The notes beneath the pieces are model-generated. The model worked only from the letters and a program-made list of their open reading frames with translations, ran no database searches and had not been told where the DNA came from. A DNA stretch of 64,000 nucleotides, from the NCBI RefSeq assembly GCF_009914755.1, contig NC_060933.1; one strand, 5' to 3'. This document shows, in pieces, positions 1 through 11,900 of the stretch. Position numbers and translations under genes: made by a program. Every line of letters starts with the position of its first letter. Positions within the stretch are counted from its first letter, which is position 1. This DNA is from the human T2T-CHM13v2.0 reference genome, Homo sapiens.

Positions 1-229
1 GGAATGGAATGGAATGGAATGGAATCAACTCGAATGCAATCGAATGGAATGGAATGGAATTAACCCTAATAGAATGGAATGGAATGGAATGGAACGGAAC
101 GGAATGGAATGGAATGGAATGGAATGGAATGGAACGGAACGGAACGGAATGGATGGAATGGAATGGAATGGAATGGAATGGAATCAACGCGAGTGCAGGG
201 GAATGGAAAGGAATGGAATGCAATGGAAT

Positions 230-244
230 GGAATCTTCCGGAAT
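230..244. promoter_or_regulatory. Canonical three-unit heat-shock element (gGAAt-cTTCc-gGAAt), representative of about 45 copies
   Basis: Seen: GGAATCTTCCGGAAT fits nGAAn-nTTCn-nGAAn exactly. Other starts include 4408, 5895, 8002, 9946, 11345, 12198, 14196, 15912, 17029, 17877, 19630, 20747, 21595, 24555, 27289, 28552, 29576, 30429, 35565, 36528, 37745, 38679, 40281, 41210, 42048, 43736, 44599, 53711, 55328, 56781, 57634, 58632, 59676, 61379. The motif match is certain; in vivo function is inferred. Confidence 0.6.
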
Positions 245-1639
245 GGAATGGAATGGGTTGGAATGAAATGCAATTGATTCAACTCGATTGCAATGGAATG
301 GAATAGAATGGTATGGAATCGAATGGAATGGAATTGAATGGAATCAACCCGAGTGCAATGGAATGGAGTGGAATGGAATGGAATGGAATGGAACAACCCG
401 AATTGAATGGAAGGTAATGGAGAGTAAGGGAGTTGAATAGAATCAATCCGAATGTAATGGAATGGAATGCAACGGAATGGAATGGAATGGAATGGAATGG
501 AATGCAATGGAATGGAATCAACCCGAGTACAATGGAATGGAATGGAATGGAATGGAATGGAATGGAATGGAATGGAATGGAATGCCTTCAAACCGAATGG
601 AATGGAAAGGAATGGAATCAACACGAGTGGAATGGAATGGAATGGAATGGAATGGAATGGAATGGAATGGAATGCAATCGTTCCGAGTGGAATAGTAGGG
701 AATGTATTCGAGTGGAATGGAAAGGAATGGAATCAACCAGAGTGGAATGGAAGGGAATGGAATGGAATGGAAACTAATAGAATGGAATCAACCCGAGTGG
801 AATGGAATGGAAAAGACTGGAATGGAAAGGAATGGAATGGAATGGAATGGAATCAACGCGAGTGCAGGGGAATGGAATGGAATCGAATGGAATGGAATGG
901 AATCAACCCGAGTGCAATCGAATGGAATCGAATGGAATGGAATGCAATGGAATGGATTCAACTTGAATGGAAAGGAAAGAATGGAATCAACACGAGTGGA
1001 ATGGCATGGATTGGAATGGAATGGAATGGAATCAACCCGAGTACAGGGGAATGGAATGGAATGGAATGCAATGGAATGGAATCATCAGTAATGGAATGGA
1101 AAGGAATGGAAAGGACTGGAATGGAATGGAATGGAATGGAATGCAATCAAATCGATTGCAATCGAATGGAATGGAATGGAATTAACCCGAATAGAATGGA
1201 ATGGAATGGAATGGAACGGAACGGAATGGAATGGAATGGAATGGAATAGAATGGAACGGAAAGGAATGGAATGGAATGGAATGGAACGGAATGGAAAGGA
1301 ATCGAATCAACGCGAGTGCAGAGGAATGGAATGGAATCGAATGGAATGGAAAGGAATGGAATGGAATTAACCCGAGTGCAGGGGAAGGTAATGGAACCGA
1401 ATGCAATGGAATGCAATCATCCGGAATGGAATGGAATGGAATGGAATGGAATCAACCCGAGTGCAATGGAATAGAGTGGAATGGAAAGGAATGGAATGGA
1501 ACAACCCGAATGGAATGGAATGTAATGGAGAGTAAGGGAGTTGAATAGAATCAATCCGAATGTAATGGAATGGAATGCAACGGAATGGAATGGAATGGAA
1601 TGGAATGGAATGCAATGGAATTGAATCAACCCGAGTACA

Positions 1640-2620
1640 ATGGAATGGAATGGAATGGAATGGAATGGAATGGAATGGAATGGAATGATACGGAATAGAA
1701 TGGAATGGAACGAAATGGAATGGAATGGAATGGAATGGAATGGAATCGTTCCGAGTGGAATAGGAGGGAATGTATTCGAGTGGAATGGAAAGGAATGGAA
1801 TCAACCAGAGTGGAATGGAAGGGAATGGAATGGAATGGAAACTAATAGAATGGAATCAACCCGAGTGGAATGGAATGGAAAGGACTGGAATGGAATGGAA
1901 TGGAATGGAATGGAATCAACTCGATTGGAATGGAATGGAATGGAATGGAATGGAATGGAATGGAATGGAATTAACCCGAATACAATGGAATGGAATGGAA
2001 TGGAATGGAATGGAGTGGAATGGAATGGAATCAACCCGAGTGCAGGGGAATGGAATGGAATGGAATGCAATGGAATGGAATCATCCGGAATGGAATGGAA
2101 TGGAATGGAATGCAAAGCAATGGAATCAACTAGATTGCAATGGAATGGAATGGAATGGAAAGGAATACATTGGAATCAACCCGAGTGGAATGGAATGGAA
2201 AGGACTGGAATGGAGTGGAATGGAATGGAATGGAATGGAATCAACTCGATTGGAATGGAATGGAATGGAATGGAATGGAATTAACCCGAATAGAATGGAA
2301 TGGAATGGAATGGAACGGAACGGAATCGAATGGAATGGAATGGAATGGAATGGAATGGAATGGAATGGAATCAACCCGACTGCAGGGGAATGGAATGGAA
2401 TGGAAACTAATAGAATGGAATCAACCCGAGTGGAATGGAATGGAAAAGACAGGAATGGAAAGGAATGGAATGGAATGGAATGGAATGGAATGGAATGGAA
2501 TGGAATCAACGCGAGTGCAGGGGAATGGAAAGGAATCGAATGGAATGGAATGGAATGGAAAGGAATCAACCCGAGTGCAGGGGAATGTAATGGAACGGAA
2601 TGCAATGGAATTGAATCATC
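1640..2620 (+). repeat. Dispersed copy of ~12.8-13.73 kb (offset ~11.1 kb)
   Basis: ORFs 2140..2739 and 13245..13868 have identical N-terminal translation over most of their length. The rare marker GGAAAAGACAGGAA occurs at ~2442 and ~13547. Confidence 0.75.
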
Positions 2621-3654
2621 CGGAATGGAATGGAATGGAATGGAATGGAATGGAATCAACCCGAGTGCAATGGAATGGAGTGGAATGGAATGGAATGGAA
2701 TGGAACAACCCGAATGGAATGGAATGTAATGGAGAGTAAGGGAGTTGAAAAGAATCAATCCGAATGTAATGGAATGGAATGGAACGGAATGGAATGGAAT
2801 GGAATGGAATGGAATGGAATGGAATGGAATGCAATGGAATGGAATCAACCCGAGTACAATGGAATGGAATGGAATGGAATGGAATGGAATGGAATGGAAG
2901 GGAATGGAATGGAATGGAATGCAATGGAATGGAATCTTACGGAATGGAATGGAATGGAATGGAATGGAATGGAATGGAATGGAATGGAATGCAATGGATT
3001 CAACTAGATTGCAATGGAATGGAATAGAATGGAATGGAATGGAATGGAATGCAATGGAATGGAATCAACTCGATTGCAACGGAATGGAATGGAATGGAAA
3101 GGAATACATTGGAATCAACCCGAGTGGAATGGAATGGAAAGGACTGGAATGGAGTGGAATGGAATAGAATGGAATGGAATGGAATGGAACGGAACGGAAC
3201 GGAACGGAATGGAGTGGAATGGAATGGAATGGAATTGTATGGAATGGAATGGAATGGTACGGAAAAGAATGGAATGGAAAGAATTGGAATGGAATGGAAT
3301 CGAATGGAATGGAATGGAATGGAATGGAATCAACCCGAGTGCAGGGGAATGTAATGGAACGGAATGCAATGGAATGGAATCATCCGGAATGGAATGGAAT
3401 GGAATTGAATGGAATGGAATGGAATGGAATCAACACGAGAGCAATGGAATGGAGTGGAATGGAATGGAATGGAATGGAACAACCCGAATGGAATGGAATG
3501 TAATGGAGAGTAAGGGAGTTGAATAGAATCAATCCGAATGTAATGGAATGGAATGCAACGGAATGGAATGGAATGGAATGGAATGGAATGGAATGCAATG
3601 GAATTGAATCAACCTGAGTACAATGGAATGGAGAGGAATGGAATGGAATGGAAT

Positions 3655-3960
3655 GGAAAATACCCGAATGGAATGGAATGTAATGGAGTGTAAGGGAATT
3701 GAACAGAATCAATCCGAATGTAATGGAATGGAATGGAACGAAATGGAATGGAATGGAATGGAATGGAATGGAATGGAATGCAATGGAATGGAATCAACCC
3801 GAGTGCAATGGAATGGAGTGGAATGGAATGGAATGGAATGGAAAATACCCGAATGGAATGGAATGTAATGGAGTGTAAGGGAATTGAACAGAATCAATCC
3901 GAATGTAATGGAATGGAATGGAACGAAATGGAATGGAATGGAATGGAATGGAATGCAATG
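3655..3960 (+). repeat. Local 185-bp tandem duplication
   Basis: GGAAAATACCCGAAT...GAATTGAACAGAATC...GAACGAAATG occurs twice, TACCCG at 3661 and 3846. Confidence 0.7.
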
Positions 3961-6719
3961 GAATGGAAACAACCCGAGTGCAATCGAATGGAATCGAATG
4001 GAATGGCATGCAATGGAATGGATTCAACTTGAATGGAATGGAAAGAATGGAATCAACACGAGTGGAATGGCATGGATTGGAATGGAATGGAATGGAATCA
4101 ACCCGAGTACAGGGGAATGGAATGGAAGGGAATGCAATGGAATGGAACCATCCATAATGGAATGGAAAGGAATGGAATGGAATGGAATGGAATGGAATGG
4201 AATCAACTCGAATGCAATCGAATGGAATGGAATGGAATTAACCCTAATAGAATGGAATGGAATGGAATGGAACGGAACGGAATGGAATGGAATGGAATGG
4301 AATGGAATGGAACGGAACGGAACGGAATGGATGGAATGGAATGGAATGGAATGGAATGGAATCAACGCGAGTGCAGGGGAATGGAAAGGAATGGAATGCA
4401 ATGGAATGGAATCTTCCGGAATGGAATGGAATGGGTTGGAATGAAATGCAATTGATTCAACTCGATTGCAATGGAATGGAATAGAATGGTATGGAATCGA
4501 ATGGAATGGAATTGAATGGAATCAACCCGAGTGCAATGGAATGGAGTGGAATGGAATGGAATGGAATGGAACAACCCGAATTGAATGGAAGGTAATGGAG
4601 AGTAAGGGAGTTGAATAGAATCAATCCGAATGTAATGGAATGGAATGCAACGGAATGGAATGGAATGGAATGGAATGGAATGCAATGGAATGGAATCAAC
4701 CCGAGTACAATGGAATGGAATGGAATGGAATGGAATGGAATGGAATGGAATGGAATGGAATGCCTTCAAACCGAATGGAATGGAAAGGAATGGAATCAAC
4801 ACGAGTGGAATGGAATGGAATGGAATGGAATGGAATGGAATGGAATGGAATGCAATCGTTCCGAGTGGAATAGTAGGGAATGTATTCGAGTGGAATGGAA
4901 AGGAATGGAATCAACCAGAGTGGAATGGAAGGGAATGGAATGGAATGGAAACTAATAGAATGGAATCAACCCGAGTGGAATGGAATGGAAAAGACTGGAA
5001 TGGAAAGGAATGGAATGGAATGGAATGGAATCAACGCGAGTGCAGGGGAATGGAATGGAATCGAATGGAATGGAATGGAATCAACCCGAGTGCAATCGAA
5101 TGGAATCGAATGGAATGGAATGCAATGGAATGGATTCAACTTGAATGGAAAGGAAAGAATGGAATCAACACGAGTGGAATGGCATGGATTGGAATGGAAT
5201 GGAATGGAATCAACCCGAGTACAGGGGAATGGAATGGAATGGAATGCAATGGAATGGAATCATCAGTAATGGAATGGAAAGGAATGGAAAGGACTGGAAT
5301 GGAATGGAATGGAATGGAATGCAATCAAATCGATTGCAATCGAATGGAATGGAATGGAATTAACCCGAATAGAATGGAATGGAATGGAATGGAACGGAAC
5401 GGAATGGAATGGAATGGAATGGAATAGAATGGAACGGAAAGGAATGGAATGGAATGGAATGGAACGGAATGGAAAGGAATCGAATCAACGCGAGTGCAGA
5501 GGAATGGAATGGAATCGAATGGAATGGAAAGGAATGGAATGGAATTAACCCGAGTGCAGGGGAAGGTAATGGAACCGAATGCAATGGAATGCAATCATCC
5601 GGAATGGAATGGAATGGAATGGAATGGAATCAACCCGAGTGCAATGGAATAGAGTGGAATGGAAAGGAATGGAATGGAACAACCCGAATGGAATGGAATG
5701 TAATGGAGAGTAAGGGAGTTGAAAAGAATCAATCCGAATGTAATGGAATGGAATTGAACGGAATGGAATGGAATGGGATGGAATGGAATGGAATGCAATG
5801 GAATGGAATCTACCTGAGTACAATGGAATGGAATGGAATGGAATGGAATGGAATGGAATGGAATGGAATGCAATGGAATGGAATGCAATGAAATGGAATC
5901 TTCCGGAATGGAATGGAATGGAATGGAATGGAATGCAATGGATTCAACTCGATTGCAATGGAATGGAATAGAATGGAATGGAGTGGAATGGAATGGAATG
6001 GAATTAAACCGAATAGAATGGAATGGAATGGAATGGAACGGAACAGAACGGAACGGAACGGAACGGAGTGGAGTGGAATGGAATGGAATTGTATGGAATG
6101 GAATGGAATGGTACGGAATAGAATGGAATGGAAAGAATTGGAATGGAATGGAATCGAATGGAATGGAATGGAATGGAATGGAATCAACCCGAGTGCAGGG
6201 GAATGTAATGGAACGGAATGCAATGGAATGGAATCATCCGGAATGGAATGGAATGGAACGGAATGGAATGGAATGGAATGGAATGGAATCAACCCGAGTG
6301 CAATGGAATGGAGTGGAATGGAATGGAATGGAATGGAACAACCCGAATGGAATGGAATGTAATGGAGAGTAAGGGAGTTGAATAGAATCAATCCGAATGT
6401 AATGGAATGGAACGGAATGGAATGGAATGGAATGGAATGGAATGGAATGGAATGGAATGGAATGGAATGCAATGGAATGGAATCAACCCGAGTGCAATGG
6501 AATGGAGAGGAATGGAATGGAATGGAATGGAAACTACCCGAATGGAATGGAATGTAATGGAGTGTAAGGGAATTGAATAGAATCAATCCGAATGGAATGG
6601 AATGGAATGTAATGGAATGGAATGGAATGGAATCAACCCGAGTGCAGGGGAATGGAATGGAATGGAATGCAATGGAATGGAATCATCCGGAATGGAATGG
6701 AATGGAATGGAATGGAATG

Positions 6720-8940
6720 GAACAACCCGAATGGAATGGAATGTAATGGAGAGTAAGGGAGTTGAATAGAATCAATCCGAATGTAAAGGAATGGAATGCA
6801 ACGGAATGGAATGGAATGGAATGCAATGGAATGTAATGGAATTGAATCAACCCGAGTACAATGGAATGGAATGGAATGGAATGGCATGGAATGGAATGAT
6901 ACGGAATAGAATGGAATGGAACGAAATGGAATGGAATGGAATGGAATGGAATGGAATGGAATGGAATGGAATGGAATCGTTCCGAGTGGAATAGTAGGGA
7001 ATGTATTCGAGTGGAATGGAAAGGAATGGAATCAACCAGAGTGGAATGGAAGTGAATGGAATGGAATGGAAATTAATAGAATGGAATCAACCCGAGAGGA
7101 ATGGAATGGAAAGGACTGGAATGGAATGGAATGGAATGGAATCAACTCGATTTTAATGGAATGGAATGGAATGGAATGGAATTAACCCGAATACAATGCA
7201 ATGGAATGGAATGGAACGGAATGGAGTGGAATGGAATGGAATCAACCCGAGTGCATGGGAACTGAATGGAATGGAATGCAATGGAATGGAATCATCCGGA
7301 ATTGAATGGAATGGAATGGAATGCAAAGCGATGGAATCAACTCGATTGCAATGGAATGGAATGGAATGGAAAGGAATACATTGGAATCAACCCGAGTGGA
7401 ATGGAATGGAAAGGACTGGAATGGAGTGGAATGGAATGGAATGGAATGGAATGGAATGGAATCAACTCGATTGGAATGGAATAAAATGGAATGGAATTAA
7501 CCCGAATAGAATGGAATGGAATGGAATGGAACGGAACGGAAAGGAATGGAATGGAATGGAATGGAATGGAAACAACCCGACTGCAGGGGAATGGAATGGA
7601 ATGGAATGCAATGGAATGGATTCAACTTGAATGGAATGGAAAGAATGGAATCAACACGAGTGGAATGGCATGGATTGGAATGGAATGGAATGGAATCAAC
7701 CCGAGTACAGGGGAATGAAATGGAATGGAATGCAATGGAATGGAATCATCCGTAATGGAATGGAAAGGAATGGAATGGAATGGAATGGAATGGAATGGAA
7801 TCAACTCGATTGCAACCGAATGGAATGGAATGGAATTAACCCGAATAGAATGGAATGGAATGGAATGGAACGGAACGGAATGTAATGGAACGGAATGGAA
7901 TGGAATGGAACGGAAAGGAAGGGAATGGAATGGAATAGAATGGAATGGAATGGAATCAACACGAGTGAAGGGGAATGGAATGGAATGGAATGCAATGGAA
8001 TGGAATCTTCCGGAATGCAATGGAATGGAATGGAATGGAATGGAATCAACCCGAGTGCAATGGAATGGAGTGGAATGGAATGGAATGGAATGGAACAACC
8101 CGAATGGAATGGAATGTAATGGAGAGTAAGGGAGTTGAATAGAATCAATCTGAATGTAATGGAATGGAATGGAACGGAATGGAATTGAATGGAATGGAAT
8201 GGAATGCAATGGAATGGAATCAACCCGAGTGCAATGGAATGGAGAGGAATGGAATGGAATGGAATGGAAACTACCCAAATGGAATGGAATGTAATGGAGT
8301 GTAAGGGAATTGAATAGAAAAAATCCGAATGTAATGGAATGGAATGGAACGGAATGGAATGGAATGGAATGGAATGGCATGGAATGGAATGCAATGGAAT
8401 GGAATCAACCCGAGTGCAATCGAATGGAATCGAATGGAAGGGAATGCAATGGAATGGATTCAACTTGAATGGAATGGAAAGAATGGAATCAACACGAGTG
8501 GAATGGCATGGATTGGAATGGAATGGAATGGAATCAACCCGAGTACAGGGGAATGGAATGGAATGGAATGCAATGGAATGGAATCATCCGTAATTGAATG
8601 GAAAGGAATGGAATGGAATGGAATGGAATGGAATGGAATGGAACGGAACGGAACGGAATGGAATGGAATGGAATGGAATGGAATGGAAAAACCCGACTGC
8701 AGGGGAATGGAATGGAATGGAATGCAATGGAATGGATTCAAATTGAATGGAATGGAAAGAATGGAATCAACACGAGTGGAATGGCATGGATTGGAATGGA
8801 ATGGAATGGAATCTACCCGAGTACAGGGGAATGGAATGGAATGGAATGCAATGGAATGGAATCATCCGTAATGGAATGGAAAGGAATGGAATGGAATGGA
8901 ATGGAATGGAATGGAATGGAATGGAATCAACTCGATTGCA
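6720..8940 (+). repeat. Diverged paralogous block of ~14.6-16.8 kb (offset ~7.9 kb), also related to ~42.5-44.4 kb and ~50.7-52.6 kb
   Basis: Near-identical ORFs 7622..8380/15532..16290 and 7801..8463/15711..16373 (offset 7910). Shared markers CTCGATTTTAATGG (~7146, 15041, 42870, 51125) and GAGTGAAGGGG (~7963, 15873, 19591, 43697, 51952). Confidence 0.8.
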
Positions 8941-11900
8941 ATCGAATGGAATGGAATGGAATTAACCCGAATAGAATGGAATGGAAAGGAATGGAACGGA
9001 ACGGAACGGAATGGAATGGATTGGAATGGAATGGAATGGAATGGAATGGAACGGAAAGGAATGGAATGGAATGGAATGGAATGGAATGGAATGGAATCAA
9101 CTCGATTGCAATCGAATGGAATGGAATGGAATTAACCCGAATAGAATGGAATGGAATGGAATGGAACGGAACGGAATGGAATGGAATGGAATGGAATGGA
9201 ATGGAATGGAATGGAATCAACCCGAGTGCAATGGAATGGAGTGGAATGGAATGGAGTGGAATGGAACAACCCGAATGGAATGGAATGGAATGGAGAGTAA
9301 GGGAGTTGAATAGAATCAATCCGAATGTAATGGAATGGAATGGAACGGAATGGAATTGAATGGAATGTAATGGAATGCAATGGAATGGAATCAACCCGAG
9401 TGCAATGGAATGGAGAGGAATGGAATGGAATGGAATGGAAACTAACCGAATGGAATGGAATGTAATGGAGTTTAAGGGAATTGAATAGAATCAATCCGAA
9501 TGTAATGGAATGGAATGGAACAGAATGGAATGGAATGGAATGGAATCAACTCGATTGTAATGGAATGGAATGGAAGGGAATGGAGTGGAATGGAATGGAA
9601 TCAACCCGAGTGCAGGGGAACTTAATGGAACGGAATGCAATGGAATGGAATCATCCGGAATAGAATGGAATGGAATGGAATGGAATGGAATCAACCCGAG
9701 TGCAATGGAATGGAGTGGAATGGAAAGGAATGGAATGGAACAACCCGAATGGAATGGAATGTAATGGAGAGTAAGGGAGTTGAAAAGAATCAATCCGAAT
9801 GTAATGGAATGGAATGGAACGGAATGGAATGGAATGGAATGGAATGGAATGGAATGGAATGGAATGCAATGGAATGGAATCAACCCGAGTACAATGGAAT
9901 GGAATGGAATGGAATGGAATGGAATGGAATGGAATGCAATGGAATGGAATCTTCCGGAATGGAAGGGAATGGAATGGAATGGAATGGAGTGGAATGCAAT
10001 GGATTCAACTCGATTGCAATGGAATGGAATAGAATGGAATGGAATGGAATGGAATGGAATTAACCCGAATAGAATGGAATGGAATGGAATGGAACGGAAC
10101 AGAACGGAACGGAACGGAACGGAGTGGAATGGAATGGAATGGAATTGTATGGAATGGAATGGAATGCTACGGTATAGAATGGAATGCAAAGAATTGGAAT
10201 GGAATGGAATCGAATGGAATGGAATGGAATGGAATGGAATCAACCCGAGTGCAGGGGAAAGTAATGGAACGGAATGCAATGGAATGGAATCATCCGGAAT
10301 GGAATGGAATGGAATGGAAAGGAATGGAATGGAATCAACCCGAGCGCAATGGAATGGAGTGGAATGGAATGGAATGGAATGGAATGGAAAGGAATCAACC
10401 CGAGTACAATGGAACGGAATGGAATGGAATGTAATGTAATGGAATGGAATGGAATGGAATCAACCCGAGTGCAATGGAATGGAGAGGAATGGAATGGAAT
10501 GGAATGGAAACTACCCGAATGGAATGGAATGTAATGGAGTGTAAAGGAATTGAATAGAATCAATCCGAATGGAATGGAATGGAATGGAACGGAATGTAAT
10601 GGAATGGAATGGAATGGAATCAACCCGAGTGCAGGGGAATGGAATGGAATGGAATGCAATGGAATGGAATCATCTGGAATGGAATGGAATGGAATGCAAT
10701 GGAATGGAATGGAATGGAATCAACCCGAGTGCAATGGAATGGAGTGAAATGGAATGGAATGGAATGGAGACAACCAGAATGGATTGGAATATAATGGAGT
10801 GTAAGGGAATTGAATAGAATCAATCTGAATGTAATCAAATGGAATGGAATGGAATGGAATGGAATGGAATGGAATGGAATGCAATGGAATGGAATCAACC
10901 TGAGTGCAATCGAATGGAATCGAATGGAATGGAATGCAATGGAATGGATTCAACTTGAATGGAATGGAAAGAATGGAATCAACACGAGTGGAATGGCATG
11001 GATTGGAATGGAATGGAATGGAATCAACCCGAGTATAGGGGAATGGAATGGAATGGAATGCAATGGAATGGAATCATCCGTAATGGAATGGAAAGGAATG
11101 GAATGGAATGGAATGGAATGGAATGGAATGGAATGGAATCAACTCGATTGCAATCGAATGGAATGGAATGGAATTAACCCGAATAGAATGGAATGGAATG
11201 CAATGGAACGGAACGGAATGGAATGGAATGGAATGGAATGGAATGGAATGGAACGGAAAGGAAAGGAATGGAATGGAATAGAATGGAATGGAATGGAATC
11301 AACGCGAGTGCAGGGGAATGGAATGGAATGGAATGCAATGGAATGGAATCTTCCGGAACGGAATGGAATGGAATGGAATGGAATGGAATGGAATCAACAC
11401 GATTGCAATGGAATGGAGAGGAATGGAATGGAATGGAATGGAACAACCCGAATGGAATGGAATGTAATGGAGAGTAAGGGAGTTGAATAGAATGAATACG
11501 AATGTAATGGAATGGAATGGAACGGAATGGAATTGAATGGAATGGAATGGAATGCAATGGAATGGAATCAACCCGAGTGCAATGGAATGGAGAGGAATGG
11601 AATGGAATGGAATGGAAACTACCCGAATGGAATGGAATGTAATGGAGTGTAAGGGAATTGAATAGAATCAATCCGCATGTAATGGAATGGAATGGAACGG
11701 AATGGAATGGAATGGAATGGAATGGAATGGAATGGAATGCAATGGAATGGAATCAACCCGAGTGCAATCGAATGGAATCGAATGGAATGGAATGCAATGG
11801 AATGGATTCAACTTGAATGGAATGGAAAGAATGGAATCAACACGAGTGGAATGGCATGGCTTGGAATGGAATGGAATGGAATCAACCCGAGTACAGGGGA

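Larger units (their letters stand above)
1..5723 (+). repeat. Recent duplication, period 4178 bp: 1-1545 matches 4179-5723 (left copy truncated by window edge)
   Basis: Identical ORF translations at constant offset 4178 (79..306/4257..4484, 467..1249/4645..5427, 1271..1474/5449..5652). Shared rare markers GGATGG (151/4329) and GCCTTCAAACC (584/4762). First mismatch seen at 1546 T vs 5724 A. Confidence 0.92.

Noticed and set aside
193-205. GGGG tracts (GTGCAGGGGAAT) as G-quadruplex seeds
   Set aside because: G3+ tracts are isolated and generally far apart, so they do not form a four-tract G4 pattern.
1113-1117. GGACT (DRACH m6A consensus) recurring in AAAGGACTGG modules
   Set aside because: It is one substitution from GGAAT and spread by duplication. 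Sequence alone gives no evidence of selection or modification.
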